A DNA stretch of 64,000 bases from Nitrososphaerota archaeon. Its GTDB lineage: Archaea > Thermoproteota > Nitrososphaeria > Nitrososphaerales > JACPRH01. The notes under the pieces were generated by a model. That model saw nothing but the letters and a program-made list of their open reading frames with translations. It searched no databases and was not told the origin of the DNA. This document shows positions 18,709 through 29,250 of this stretch, piece after piece. Made by a program: the position numbers and the translations under genes. The stretch lies in NCBI GenBank assembly GCA_023379805.1, contig JAMCPI010000005.1:1853-65852 (forward strand). The letters are read 5' to 3'. Every line of letters starts with the position of its first letter. The first letter of the stretch is position 1.

Positions 18709-21612
18709 TCAACTTGCACGGCTATACCATCGTCTTCTCTTCCAGCTGATGCGCTGCACACCCTCTAAAATTCGGGCTTGAAGTACTTTGCGTTGGTTTA
18801 ATATTTTACGAAAGTTATATCTGTCTTTCCCATTTCGTAAAAAGACTAATACGATTAGCGTAGCAGACACTATCCAATAAACACCCGAAATCCAAGCTCC
18901 GAGATAAAAGTAAGGCTGTGCTTCGTGACGAATGCTCAATGAATGGGTACCAGTGATGTTGACATGCCATCCGTTAGCATAATCATTGGCCAAGAAGTGT
19001 GAACTCTCCGGAAGTGGGTGACCATCGATGTAAGCGCGCCATTGATCACTGAAGACTTGCGTCAGGATAAGGGCACTAGGTGTGGAAATGTCTATTAAGG
19101 CATTCCACTCGGACAAGGATGATTCAAGCATTCTCACAGAGGTCTTTCTCGCAGTGCTGATGGTGCTTTCAAGGTTGATTGGAGAATATCTATAGAGTAT
19201 GCCCACCTCGGTAGCAGTGAGGGCGCGGTTATAGACACGAACTTCATCCAATTTCCCAAACAAGGGCTGAAGTCCATCCGTTCTTTGTCCGAATCTTAAT
19301 GATGCACTACCAAGAGCAATACTTCCAGCTTGTCTAGTGTTTCCAATCGATTTGCCATTTACATAGACTATCATCTGCGAACCGTCATATGTGGCAGTTA
19401 TCATATACCATTTGCCGCTCTCGAATGGATAGCTCGGGGTGAAAATAGCATGAGATGAACCGAAACCCAGCGCAAAATAAACATGCGATGCGTCTTTTGA
19501 TAATGAAAGCATGACGCCCAAGTTTTGATCTGCGGGTATGTCATTTCCCATGATTACACCAGCGTCAGTAGAAAAAGAAGGGGTGTACACCCAACTTGAT
19601 AAGGTTAGCCCAGTTCCTGTTATCCGTAGGCTCGAAGGTATTGAAACGTATGCACTACCAGAAAAGTTCAAGCAGCCATTGAATTTGCAGCTAGGTCCAC
19701 TTTGCCATGTTAGTGAATTCAAAGCGCCGTTGTAATGGTTCCCACTCAAATCATAAGTCAAAGCCCCAGAGCCTTCATCAAAAGGCCAATATCCTTGTAG
19801 GCTACCATTCACCGGTTGCAGATCCGCTCCGCTGACAACATATAACGGCGAACTGTGATAACCCACTTCATACAGGTTGAAGTGTTTGTTCGAAGTAACC
19901 AATGAGAACGTCGGGTTTTGATTAAGTTCCAATATCAACTGGTTTACCCAACTCGGCGCTTCCACCAAATCTTTATGAACAAAAATATATTTCAGATTCA
20001 GATTCTCCATAAGCTCCTGCTCTTCTCTTGAGCCTAGATTACCCGCTCGTAGATTGTCATATACTGCTTGATATCCAATCGGCTGGAGCAAAACCTTATC
20101 TTGAATGGTTTCTATTTGTCTAGGCACAATCTTTGATAGCCACGTGTTAAAGCAACCCGGAGATCCTGACCAGACGAAGCCAGGCGAATTGGGACCATAG
20201 CAGGTGAAGTCATAATTCGGCAAAGGTACCTCTAGGAGACGACTACCAACTTCGGCGCTACTTAACAAGCTGTACAGTTGGTAGTATTCGGGAGGAATCG
20301 GATAGCCAGTTATTGGACTCACTGTATACTCTGCCAAAGTGCCTGTTGCCATAGGAAAACTGTCCACGACTATTACACCAATGAGTACTGCCGCGAATAT
20401 CCTTCTCTTTTGGCGTGACAATATGCTGAACAGCTTAATGCTACCGAGCCCCAGAAGGGCAGAACTCGCGAACCAGATACCATAAACGAAATATACGGGA
20501 TCAGCAAAGAAGGCGTAAAAGTGGTAGAGTCCCCAACGGTAAAAATCTTTAAAGTACGGGTAAGTTATGGTCGTTGAAAGTGCTATGAAGATTACGCCCA
20601 AGATTGCCAAGAATAGTGTATTTCTATTTTTCCGAATAAGCAACGTGGAATATGCAATTACTGTCGTAAGAGCAAGCGAGAAGTAGAAAAGTGGTTGAGT
20701 GTATATGGGAAACCAAGCCCATGCATATTCTAACCCAACTATGCTATACGTCAGGCTATTTCTGCTTGCAAAGAAAGTCAGAGATTGTAACTTCTGCTGA
20801 TTGGCAGTAATATTGGGGTCTAAAGTTATCGGGTTGATGCCCACATTTGCAAGCGAACTACTATGGATATTGTAATATAGGAAGGGGATGACGAAGTAGG
20901 ACATCGAAACGAAGGAAAGTACAAGGCATACCACTAGAAAACTAACATTTCGTCCTACATACCCTGAGCGCAGGGATATTACCAATGTGTAGAGGATTAT
21001 TAGTGTTGGTATGAATACGACAGAGTAAAAAGTTGTGGCTGCGAATGAAAACCAAATAGAGAACAGGATCGCATATTTGTACCACTTTGATGAATTCATG
21101 CCTTTTATGAAAATTGCAAGTGCTATTGGCGCGGTTCCGGTAGTAATACTCATAATATTATCACTAAATGGGTCTCCGGACGGAGCAAATTGATACAGTA
21201 CTGACGCGCACAGTTTGGCTACCAGAGAACTATTCGAATTACTTTTGTCAATTGTTGATAGGAGAATAAACATACCGATCCCCCGGAGCAACCATGGAAG
21301 AATGTAGATGAGTCGATTCTGAGCGAGCACCGAGAGACCGAGTACACTCCCAACGTATTGTAAACCATAACCCACAAAGCCGCCCAACACGCCAGTGTTT
21401 TGAGTACCAAAATTCGCCCAGACAGAATTAATCGCAGAGATTGAATCCCAAAAGGCGTCTACCGGATAAAAATTGAAAATATTGTCCCAATAGGACCATA
21501 TGCCCCTACCGAACAATCCAAGCCTAAACCAAGGTATAAGCGCTAAGATGACTAATGTAAGGCAGCAAAGTATATTGCGCGATAGTTGTAAGGTTTTCTT
21601 TGAGTCCCTCAA
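18709..21612 (-). CDS. Large polytopic membrane protein (GT-C/AftD-YfhO-like) with LamG (concanavalin A-like) domain
   Basis: Many N-terminal TM segments; IP..Y...RLL.VP and LNLKYIFVHKD motifs; LamG signature GYWPFDEGSG...DLSGN...GKWY.I.ATYDG...YVNG...GKLDEVRVYNRALT; C-terminal ANGW plus TM. Confidence 0.7.
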   Translation of the reverse strand: MRDSKKTLQLSRNILCCLTLVILALIPWFRLGLFGRGIWSYWDNIFNFYPVDAFWDSISAINSVWANFGTQNTGVLGGFVGYGLQYVGSVLGLSVLAQNRLIYILPWLLRGIGMFILLSTIDKSNSNSSLVAKLCASVLYQFAPSGDPFSDNIMSITTGTAPIALAIFIKGMNSSKWYKYAILFSIWFSFAATTFYSVVFIPTLIILYTLVISLRSGYVGRNVSFLVVCLVLSFVSMSYFVIPFLYYNIHSSSLANVGINPITLDPNITANQQKLQSLTFFASRNSLTYSIVGLEYAWAWFPIYTQPLFYFSLALTTVIAYSTLLIRKNRNTLFLAILGVIFIALSTTITYPYFKDFYRWGLYHFYAFFADPVYFVYGIWFASSALLGLGSIKLFSILSRQKRRIFAAVLIGVIVVDSFPMATGTLAEYTVSPITGYPIPPEYYQLYSLLSSAEVGSRLLEVPLPNYDFTCYGPNSPGFVWSGSPGCFNTWLSKIVPRQIETIQDKVLLQPIGYQAVYDNLRAGNLGSREEQELMENLNLKYIFVHKDLVEAPSWVNQLILELNQNPTFSLVTSNKHFNLYEVGYHSSPLYVVSGADLQPVNGSLQGYWPFDEGSGALTYDLSGNHYNGALNSLTWQSGPSCKFNGCLNFSGSAYVSIPSSLRITGTGLTLSSWVYTPSFSTDAGVIMGNDIPADQNLGVMLSLSKDASHVYFALGFGSSHAIFTPSYPFESGKWYMITATYDGSQMIVYVNGKSIGNTRQAGSIALGSASLRFGQRTDGLQPLFGKLDEVRVYNRALTATEVGILYRYSPINLESTISTARKTSVRMLESSLSEWNALIDISTPSALILTQVFSDQWRAYIDGHPLPESSHFLANDYANGWHVNITGTHSLSIRHEAQPYFYLGAWISGVYWIVSATLIVLVFLRNGKDRYNFRKILNQRKVLQARILEGVQRISWKRRRWYSRAS

Positions 21613-21765
21613 TCGAATGCACGCAAAATGTGGTATCCTTCAGAATCAGCAGGGTATAAAAGTTGCGTTTGAGTAGATCAATACTTTCCAAAAAAGATAA
21701 TCTCCGATTGTAGGTGAACTTGGAACATGTGCAGTCCTGACGTTTAGACCTTGAATGATTTGCGC

Positions 21766-22956
21766 TCAACGCCACGCGACTTCCTCTATCGCTCGAAGCA
21801 ATGAGGGTGAATCACGCTCCCGAAGAGCCAATTCAAATCCCGCCCGGCCCATTCGATGGGCAACTTCTGGGTTCCTCATCAGGAAAGAGACAGCATTTGC
21901 AACCGCCTCGGGAGTTTCCTGAACAAAAAGACAGCAGTCTCTAAACTCTGGGTGTTCCCTAAGTGTTGATGAGTTTCCGACTAAAGCAACAATACCGTTC
22001 TCCAAATACGATTTGACTTTGTTGGGATAAGCGTAATTAGAGTAGTTTAGTTTTCCTCCACTAAAAATCGCAACACCGCATAATGCCCTTTGGAGTTCCC
22101 GCTGAAGCTCCTTCAAATCAATAAATCCCTTGACATCCAGTTGCTCTTGAATACCTAATTTTGTCGCCATCTGCTCAATCTGTGGAAAAACGGTGTCATC
22201 GACCGGTGCTCCAAACAACTTTAATGTCGGATACTGGATAGTATTCGGTAATCTTGAAAGCGCTTCCAAAATAACATCGATTCCTGCATCCAACCTTATG
22301 GATCCAATATATACTATTGTAGGTTTGCTCATATCAGGAGGCAAATCCATCACTGGAAAATATAACGGAGGAATTACATCTACCACTTTTGAATTAGAAC
22401 ATGATGTTTGTAGTGCTTTTCTCTTTAAGGCATACGTGTAACACCAAATCGTGTCCGCTTCTTTGTAGGCCATTTCTTCCACTTTAGACTTGAGATTTGC
22501 CGTAACTTGTTCGATTGTGCTGTGACTGTTATTTTGGGGAAAGAAATCCCCAACGTAGTATACAAGTTTTCTGATTGCCTTAAGTTTACGGAAAGGCGTC
22601 ATAAGCAAAGTGGAAGCAGAACCAGCACAAATAGCAACATCGCTGAATATTGCTTTCGAGGAGATCAGCTGACTTATAATCGTTAGGAGCCAAGCCAAAA
22701 AGAAGAGGTATCTAGCGGGATTTCTCTGTCCCGGCGTTCTTGGAAGGCGCCGTCTTGAAACCCTGATTCGCCGATTTGCCGAAGAGTAACAGAGTATAGA
22801 GTCGTCTTCAGCAAGCCCGATCACAGTAACCATGGCGAACCTTCTAATTAAAACTTCGAAAATTGATCCGATCTCATTCTTCTTTGGAGTTATGTACAGA
22901 ATCCTGAGGTTGCTTTTCTTTGAATTAGTGTGATCCCGATCAGCTCGTGGTTGCAT
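21766..22956 (-). CDS. GT4-family (GT-B) glycosyltransferase
   Basis: IVYIGSI...GID, KGF and YPNKVKSYLENG motifs of GT-B fold. Confidence 0.75.
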   Translation of the reverse strand: MQPRADRDHTNSKKSNLRILYITPKKNEIGSIFEVLIRRFAMVTVIGLAEDDSILCYSSANRRIRVSRRRLPRTPGQRNPARYLFFLAWLLTIISQLISSKAIFSDVAICAGSASTLLMTPFRKLKAIRKLVYYVGDFFPQNNSHSTIEQVTANLKSKVEEMAYKEADTIWCYTYALKRKALQTSCSNSKVVDVIPPLYFPVMDLPPDMSKPTIVYIGSIRLDAGIDVILEALSRLPNTIQYPTLKLFGAPVDDTVFPQIEQMATKLGIQEQLDVKGFIDLKELQRELQRALCGVAIFSGGKLNYSNYAYPNKVKSYLENGIVALVGNSSTLREHPEFRDCCLFVQETPEAVANAVSFLMRNPEVAHRMGRAGFELALRERDSPSLLRAIEEVAWR

Positions 22957-23034
22957 CCTCTTTTCACCGCTCCTAATTCCGGTATATTCGTCCTCTCGAA
23001 CAGTGTATTACTAAACTTTGTTGTCTCTCAACGA

Positions 23035-23105
23035 TGCTCTGTTTCCTTATGGGGAGCGTTCTCATTCAGACAATATGTGGCTGAAGATGATTATCCGGGA
23101 GAGAT
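23035..23105 (+). mobile_element. Left-end fragment of the same IS6-family MITE family
   Basis: TGCTCTGTTTCCTTATGGGG...TTCAGACAATATGTGGCTGAAGATGATTATC matches the left ends of the 5310 and 13403 copies. Confidence 0.7.
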
Positions 23106-23293
23106 AAAAGATTGAACCGCTTCAACAGGGGAAAGAGTCAATCTGCAACAGTGGAGTGTATCCACTCAATTTAAGTCGCTTACAACTCTAGCCCGAACTG
23201 TAAAATGTAGTACCAAGCAGACCAAGGATTTCAGAAGCCCATTAAAGTTGATAGCGCAAGGGTACCAAATTACTTTGCCGAAGCGAGTTAAGT

Positions 23294-24523
23294 CTAAAGG
23301 CAATCGAGGAAGGAATAAACCTCCGCGGCCCTTTTCTTCCAATCCCATTCGAGAGAGAGTTCGATTGCTTCATTTCTCTTTTTCGAATAGAATTCTTTGT
23401 CATCGAGAAGTCTCAGAATGTTATTGGCAAATGCATTTAGATCCTTTAGCGGAGCCTTAACTAGACCTTTTGGATAATACGTTTTCAGATGTTCGAGATC
23501 GAAGGAGACTGCAGGAAGTCCGCATGCCATAGCCTCCCCTGTAGCCATGCCCCCGCTTCCATATGTCGAAGGGTATAGGAACATTTTGCTCGATTTGAAA
23601 ATCCTGATCTTTTCGGGGCCATCCAAGAAGCCGAATATTTCAATCTTATCCTCCAATCCAAGTTCCGATATACGATTTCTGACTTCAATTTCGTATTGTG
23701 GATAAGTACCCTCGACCCCAGCCCCTATCATTGCGAGCCTTGCCGGTCTCTTGTCACAAACAAGTTTCCAGATATCTATCAAGTAGAGTACACCTTTCTG
23801 AGGGTGGAACCGACCCAAGAATACAGCATCATACTTCTTTTCCATAGGCTCAGGAATGAGCGCCGGTGTATCGATATCGACTCCACCTCGAACCGCCACC
23901 ACCTTGCTGGGTGGCAACCGTCCGGAGATGAATCTGGGTCTATCAGGTTCGCTGGTCACAAAGACCGCGTCAGAATACCTACGTATGATGATTCTTGCAA
24001 TTTTCTGAGTTAGGTAGTACACGACATGCTCAAAACGAGGGAGCCTTAGTCTGCTTGTCGGATCAAATCTCCTATAGACCAAGTCAAGTGTAACCGAAAG
24101 GTAATACCCAGCAACCCATTTAGCACCTCTAAATCGCAATTTCATGATTAATGAAGGGATGAGGTCAGGCCAAAAGTCTGATGAAGAATATATTATTGTT
24201 CGGCGCGGATCGCTTGGCTTGCTGTATCTGATCGTGTTAACTATTCCAGATAGTATCCGTCCAACATAGTGTGCGTGAAAACCGAATTGCCGGAACTTAC
24301 TTGCCGGCCACACCACGTAAGATACACCTGTGAGGTTATTATCTCTGCACATCTGAAGACCATCTTCGCACACATTCAACGTGACCCGTCCCATCTTGGC
24401 CCATTGTCTGGCCCATTCAATGAATATCCTATCACTTCCGCTTAGACCTTTTCCAGTCGTAAGGATCGCTGCATTAGCATTGATGTAAATCGTTAGAGGG
24501 GTACGATTTGATGCCAGACTCAA
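23294..24523 (-). CDS. GT4-family glycosyltransferase
   Basis: SGSDRIFIE, FLGRFHPQKG, FGFLDG and EAMACGLP motifs. Confidence 0.9.
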   Translation of the reverse strand: MSLASNRTPLTIYINANAAILTTGKGLSGSDRIFIEWARQWAKMGRVTLNVCEDGLQMCRDNNLTGVSYVVWPASKFRQFGFHAHYVGRILSGIVNTIRYSKPSDPRRTIIYSSSDFWPDLIPSLIMKLRFRGAKWVAGYYLSVTLDLVYRRFDPTSRLRLPRFEHVVYYLTQKIARIIIRRYSDAVFVTSEPDRPRFISGRLPPSKVVAVRGGVDIDTPALIPEPMEKKYDAVFLGRFHPQKGVLYLIDIWKLVCDKRPARLAMIGAGVEGTYPQYEIEVRNRISELGLEDKIEIFGFLDGPEKIRIFKSSKMFLYPSTYGSGGMATGEAMACGLPAVSFDLEHLKTYYPKGLVKAPLKDLNAFANNILRLLDDKEFYSKKRNEAIELSLEWDWKKRAAEVYSFLDCL

Positions 24524-26160
24524 CCCTTATCACCATCACCTAATTTGCCACCAAAGGCACTGGAACGAAGACCAGCAAGCGCTGACCGTATTCTGTCCTT
24601 CTCAGAGATGTTCTTTTCATATATAATTTTTCCTGAATTTCTAAAGGTCTCATTCAGTGTGTCAGATAGGACTTTTCCGTCGAGGTAATCTGGCAGTGGC
24701 CGATTCATGAGACAAAGTACTGTCGGAACGATGTCCAGTATCGAAGCGTTCTCAATCTTTCGGCCCTGTGCCACATCAGGGCCATAAGCCAGTATGATTC
24801 CCTCGGGTTGATGGTCACCGGTTTCGCTCAGAAGAACAGCCTTCGGAGAAGTGAAGATTGTGTTACCTAAGCCATCTTTAGCGCAATAGCCGTCCTCCAT
24901 TTCCAAAACAAGATCCGGAGCATTATTCACAAAATTACCTTTGCAAATTTCCTCCTTCTTGTAGACACTTCTTACAACTTTTCGACCTGTAGCGGGATCT
25001 GTTAGATTCTTGATATTGAGAATAATATCGTCACGTACTCTGTCGTAATCCTTCTGATCTACTATGCCTTGTGGTTCCCTCCCTTTCAAGTTTACCAAAA
25101 AACTCCTTCCAGTATAAGACAAGAAGATAGCTTTCGTAGCGCTCCAATCGACATCTTCTAATGAAAAACGACCACCCAACAAGAACGGATTAATTACTGA
25201 TGGTGGAGCGAATCTTATCAGAAAATCGAGAGGTATCTTCAGTTTAATTGGGATTGACGCTACGTTTAGAATTACCCTCCGGAACCCGCTTCTGACTTTC
25301 ACCTTCTTCATCGATAGGAAGTCCGAGGTGATGAGATAGTTGTTAATGTACACATCTGTAGTGCGAGGACCGAAACCATGATCCGAAATTATGAAGACAT
25401 TTACATTACCGTCATTGGTAGATATTAGCCGGTCTAACATCGTATCAAGACGTTGGTAGACGACGGGTATAATGTCGAGTTCTCTCGATCTGAATGAAGA
25501 ATCATAGTTGGGATATGTAGTATCGAAGTATTTCCAATAGAAGTGCTGCACTCTATCGGACGCAGTCTCCACCACCATGAAGAAATCCCAAGACACAGAC
25601 CTCATCAGGTCCAGAGCTACTCTTTCTCTTCGATCTATAGTGTCCAATACTACATCTAGATAACGCTTTGAATTGCCTTGGAAATTGGTGGGACCACCAC
25701 AATCAATTCTGTATCCAATGGCATCTAATTTTTTCTTCACAGAGTCCGGATAAGTATATTGATACTTCTCCGAAGGAGCGTCCATTCCGCTTATCATCAC
25801 ACCATTGTCATTTCTGTCGGGTGGGAAGGTTACAGGGACATTAATCACGACGTATCGCAATCCGGCTCGGCTAAGTATTCGCCATATCGGCTCTGCCCTC
25901 ATGTTGGTCGCATTCACAAAACTGGACTTATAGTTAGAGTGAGAAATAAAATCATAGATGTTGTGTTTGCCTGGATTAACCCCAGTTACCGAAGAAACCC
26001 AAGCAGGCGGTGTGAGAGGCGGGACTATCGTAGTTAGCGTTCCGGACGATCCATTTGCGATGATGCGCTGTAAAGTTGGGAGCTCGCCTTGGCTGATCAG
26101 TTGATTTATGACCCGCCAGGTTGCACCATCCAGACCAATTACCAGAACCTTGTGTGCCAA
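24520..26160 (-). CDS. Alkaline-phosphatase-superfamily nucleotide pyrophosphatase/phosphodiesterase-like protein
   Basis: IGLDGATW, PPLTPPAW.S..TG.NPGKH.IYDF, DRVQHFYW, SDHGF, NLKGREPQG and GDHQPEG motifs. Start taken at TTG 26160. Confidence 0.88.
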   Translation of the reverse strand: MAHKVLVIGLDGATWRVINQLISQGELPTLQRIIANGSSGTLTTIVPPLTPPAWVSSVTGVNPGKHNIYDFISHSNYKSSFVNATNMRAEPIWRILSRAGLRYVVINVPVTFPPDRNDNGVMISGMDAPSEKYQYTYPDSVKKKLDAIGYRIDCGGPTNFQGNSKRYLDVVLDTIDRRERVALDLMRSVSWDFFMVVETASDRVQHFYWKYFDTTYPNYDSSFRSRELDIIPVVYQRLDTMLDRLISTNDGNVNVFIISDHGFGPRTTDVYINNYLITSDFLSMKKVKVRSGFRRVILNVASIPIKLKIPLDFLIRFAPPSVINPFLLGGRFSLEDVDWSATKAIFLSYTGRSFLVNLKGREPQGIVDQKDYDRVRDDIILNIKNLTDPATGRKVVRSVYKKEEICKGNFVNNAPDLVLEMEDGYCAKDGLGNTIFTSPKAVLLSETGDHQPEGIILAYGPDVAQGRKIENASILDIVPTVLCLMNRPLPDYLDGKVLSDTLNETFRNSGKIIYEKNISEKDRIRSALAGLRSSAFGGKLGDGDKG

Positions 26161-26176
26161 CTGGAGTTCATCTGAG

Positions 26177-26851
26177 CTATTGCGGTGAAGGTCGGCCCTT
26201 CTTTGAAACAATAAAAAGGTAATGGTATCCACAGATCAATGAAATAGTCGATATCAATGCTTGAATACCATCAGAGTCGATTGACATGGTTCTAATAAAG
26301 TTTCGAAGATATCGTAACTTGAACTTGATCTCTAGATATTTGCAATACCGTGTTTCTTGTAATCCGCTTGCTTGGAGAATCGCAAGCCAAGACCTCTTTG
26401 GCAGAGCACATTTCATGATTTGGCGGTTAAATGATCTTGGATTGATCATTATAAACAGAGCCTGATTCCTTACAACTCTGCTGATTTCGCCGAATGCATG
26501 TTCAGGATTATTAAGAAACTCCGCCACTCTAAGACAAAGCACGACATCGAATGAATCATCAGGAAAAGGGAACCGATCGTTATCTAAGTCTACCTTGTAC
26601 AGATAGTTCTTAACAGAATCTGGCGCCCTCGAAAGGGCCTCTTCACTCGCATCAATTCCAAACGAGGCAACACGTCTTCTGCGAATGGCGAGAACATAGA
26701 GCCCAGTAGCACTTCCAACATCCAGTAATTGTCTTGGCTTCAGCGTTTGAACAGTTGCGCCAACAAATGGCATGACATCATAACGCAGCTTCCCCTTAAG
26801 CGCCCGTGGCTTGTAGGATGGGAATACATCAGTGAAGGACTCTGAGTTCAT
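26177..26851 (-). CDS. Class I SAM-dependent methyltransferase
   Basis: LLDVGSATG, GIDAS and FPFPDDSFDVV motifs. Confidence 0.8.
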   Translation of the reverse strand: MNSESFTDVFPSYKPRALKGKLRYDVMPFVGATVQTLKPRQLLDVGSATGLYVLAIRRRRVASFGIDASEEALSRAPDSVKNYLYKVDLDNDRFPFPDDSFDVVLCLRVAEFLNNPEHAFGEISRVVRNQALFIMINPRSFNRQIMKCALPKRSWLAILQASGLQETRYCKYLEIKFKLRYLRNFIRTMSIDSDGIQALISTISLICGYHYLFIVSKKGRPSPQ

Positions 26852-27201
26852 TGGGTACTTTTGGGTTCGGTACTCCCCCCTTTAACTGTTGATATCTGTT
26901 AACAATTTTGGCAAGTCTTTTTGCTTGTGTCTAGATATCTTCTATTTGATATCTGCACGATAATTTGAATGATGTATCTTAATTCTGCAAGAACAAAGAC
27001 TGTTGAGACCAAGGCATCGAAGAGAAGAGTGATACATCAACAGACTAGCAAGTCAGAATGGCGGTTAGAATCAGGCGCCTTGCAGAGCACATAGCTCGCC
27101 AATCGAAGTTACGGCAACACTTCTGCAAATCTAAATCCTGTTCATAACGTGCCACTAACAACGATTGTCGACATCACATGACGAAATCGTTTTCCGTGCC
27201 A

Positions 27202-28053
27202 TTATTTTTTTACTGCTTTTACTAGTATAGAAACAGAAGAATTTTCTAATCGATATGGCTCCACGTTACGCGCATCAACCTTTCGCCATATACTCAAAAC
27301 AAAATTAGCTAGTCTGGATAAAGCCGTGTTCGAAATTGATTCTGATTTGTAGGTAGATATTGATGCAATCGATTTACTAAAGAATGGTGAAACATCTCCT
27401 GTTCTTTTGGAAAGGTAAATTAAAGCGTAATTGAAAGGTAAACAGTAATGTGTCAAAGTCAGCGAATACTCCACGTTTAGCCCGGATTTTGTTACGACGT
27501 CTATTATTTCATGATACGTATAGAGACGTAAATGATGCGCCCATATTCCCCCGAATAAGCCATTCACCTTGAAGTGACCTAACCTCAACTTTTCCCGTAT
27601 TTTATTGGGAGGATCCCAAAAGAATGGATAATTATTGTTTGGCACAGTGATTACTAGAATTCCTCCGACCTTCAAACTTGCGTAAAGTTCTTTTAAAACC
27701 TCATTATCATTCCGTACATGTTCTAAAACTTCAGAAAGAATAATTGCGTCAAAGCATTCCCGCCTATAGGGGAAATGGGCTACGTCACCGATCAAGGGGT
27801 GGATATTTTGTGATCGCGTCTTTTCGTTTAGCTGCGAAACCAATTCATAATTTATGTCTAGTGAATGTACTGTACAATTGTTTACCCGCGAAACCAGCCA
27901 TGAGAAGAATCCTTCACCGCACCCACAATCTAAGATAACGGCTCCTTCTTTGATTGAAAGAGACTTCATCACGGCGGACACCCTCCTCTTAAAGGCTAAG
28001 TTTCCGAGATGCGCGAGATTAGATTCCAAGGCATCATTAATATAACTCGTCAT
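27202..28053 (-). CDS. Class I SAM-dependent methyltransferase
   Basis: ILDCGCGEG, FDAIILSEVLEHV, LKVGG..VITVPN and HLRLY motifs. Confidence 0.88.
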   Translation of the reverse strand: MTSYINDALESNLAHLGNLAFKRRVSAVMKSLSIKEGAVILDCGCGEGFFSWLVSRVNNCTVHSLDINYELVSQLNEKTRSQNIHPLIGDVAHFPYRRECFDAIILSEVLEHVRNDNEVLKELYASLKVGGILVITVPNNNYPFFWDPPNKIREKLRLGHFKVNGLFGGIWAHHLRLYTYHEIIDVVTKSGLNVEYSLTLTHYCLPFNYALIYLSKRTGDVSPFFSKSIASISTYKSESISNTALSRLANFVLSIWRKVDARNVEPYRLENSSVSILVKAVKK

Positions 28054-28062
28054 TCAATTACC

Positions 28063-29226
28063 TTATCCCATAACATTTCCGTGAACTGTATATGCGCTTT
28101 CAATTGTTTGCGAGTTTTTGTCGGAAAAATTTTGTTCCGCATAACGTCTACTGTTAGAAGTGAGCAACTTCAGAAGACCCGGATCATTTTTGATTCTTAT
28201 GATCGCTTCTTTTATCCCAGAAACGGTTGGTTCGATCAGAATACCAACAGTTTGATCAAGAATATCAGGTATACCGCCCCTATTAGATGCTATCACTGGC
28301 GTTCCGCAGGATAATGCTTCAGATATCACTCGACCAAAAGGCTCCTCATACAACGAAGGCACTACAGTAATATCCGCTGCACTGTACACTTTGGCTAGTG
28401 TTTTAGTATCAACTTTCCCGAAGTAAATAATGTTCTTGCGGTTGCTTGCTATCCGCCTTATAGTTTCAGATAAAGGTCCATCGCCGACGATAAGGCAATC
28501 CACATCACTGAGATATTCCATTGCGGATATTAGCTGCATCACTCCTTTTGCGGCTATTAGTCTTCCCACAAAAAGTACTGTAAATTTATCGCTAAGACCA
28601 AGAACACGTTTAGACGCCTTTTTATCCTGTGGAGAGAAAAGGTTTTGGTCTACCCAATGATGATACACTATCATTTTGCTCTTTGGGAGACCCGCAGCTA
28701 AAAGGTCACTAAACGACCTTCGACCCAAAACAAGAATAGTATCGAATGAAGCAAGAATAATGTGAACTAGTCTTGCCATCAACCGACGATTATCTAAATT
28801 ATATACTGCGTGGGAACTTACAACACTGCGCTTCCTAAACACTGAAGCGCATACCTTAGTTATTAGCGCCGCATTTAGCCCATGAGCATGAATAACATCG
28901 ATGTTCTTTCGTCTAGCTAAAATGAAAAATAGCGAGTACAGAAGCAATGGAGGGGTTAAATAAAAAAATTCTAAAAGCGGATAACGTTCAAGCCTATTGA
29001 AAAGACCGTATCCGAGCCAATCTATCCTTCGCACCTCTAAATTTTGACTCTTTTCAAGTTTAGAGCTTTTGCCCTTTGTTGTTAAAGGCTGATATGTAAT
29101 AACGAGAACCTGATAATTTTTCAACGTAAGATATTTGCATAAGTCGTCTAGGTGAGTCTCGACTCCTCCAATGTTAGGACTGAAAAAAGGGGTTATCATT
29201 AATATACCTTGAAATGCTCTTTTCAT
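28063..29226 (-). CDS. GT4-family glycosyltransferase
   Basis: PNIGGVETH, FVGRL...KG and PSLYEEPFG.V..EALSCGTPVI.SNRGG motifs. Confidence 0.92.
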   Translation of the reverse strand: MKRAFQGILMITPFFSPNIGGVETHLDDLCKYLTLKNYQVLVITYQPLTTKGKSSKLEKSQNLEVRRIDWLGYGLFNRLERYPLLEFFYLTPPLLLYSLFFILARRKNIDVIHAHGLNAALITKVCASVFRKRSVVSSHAVYNLDNRRLMARLVHIILASFDTILVLGRRSFSDLLAAGLPKSKMIVYHHWVDQNLFSPQDKKASKRVLGLSDKFTVLFVGRLIAAKGVMQLISAMEYLSDVDCLIVGDGPLSETIRRIASNRKNIIYFGKVDTKTLAKVYSAADITVVPSLYEEPFGRVISEALSCGTPVIASNRGGIPDILDQTVGILIEPTVSGIKEAIIRIKNDPGLLKLLTSNSRRYAEQNFSDKNSQTIESAYTVHGNVMG

Positions 29227-29250
29227 TCTTGACCCTCTTGCTGCAGTTCA

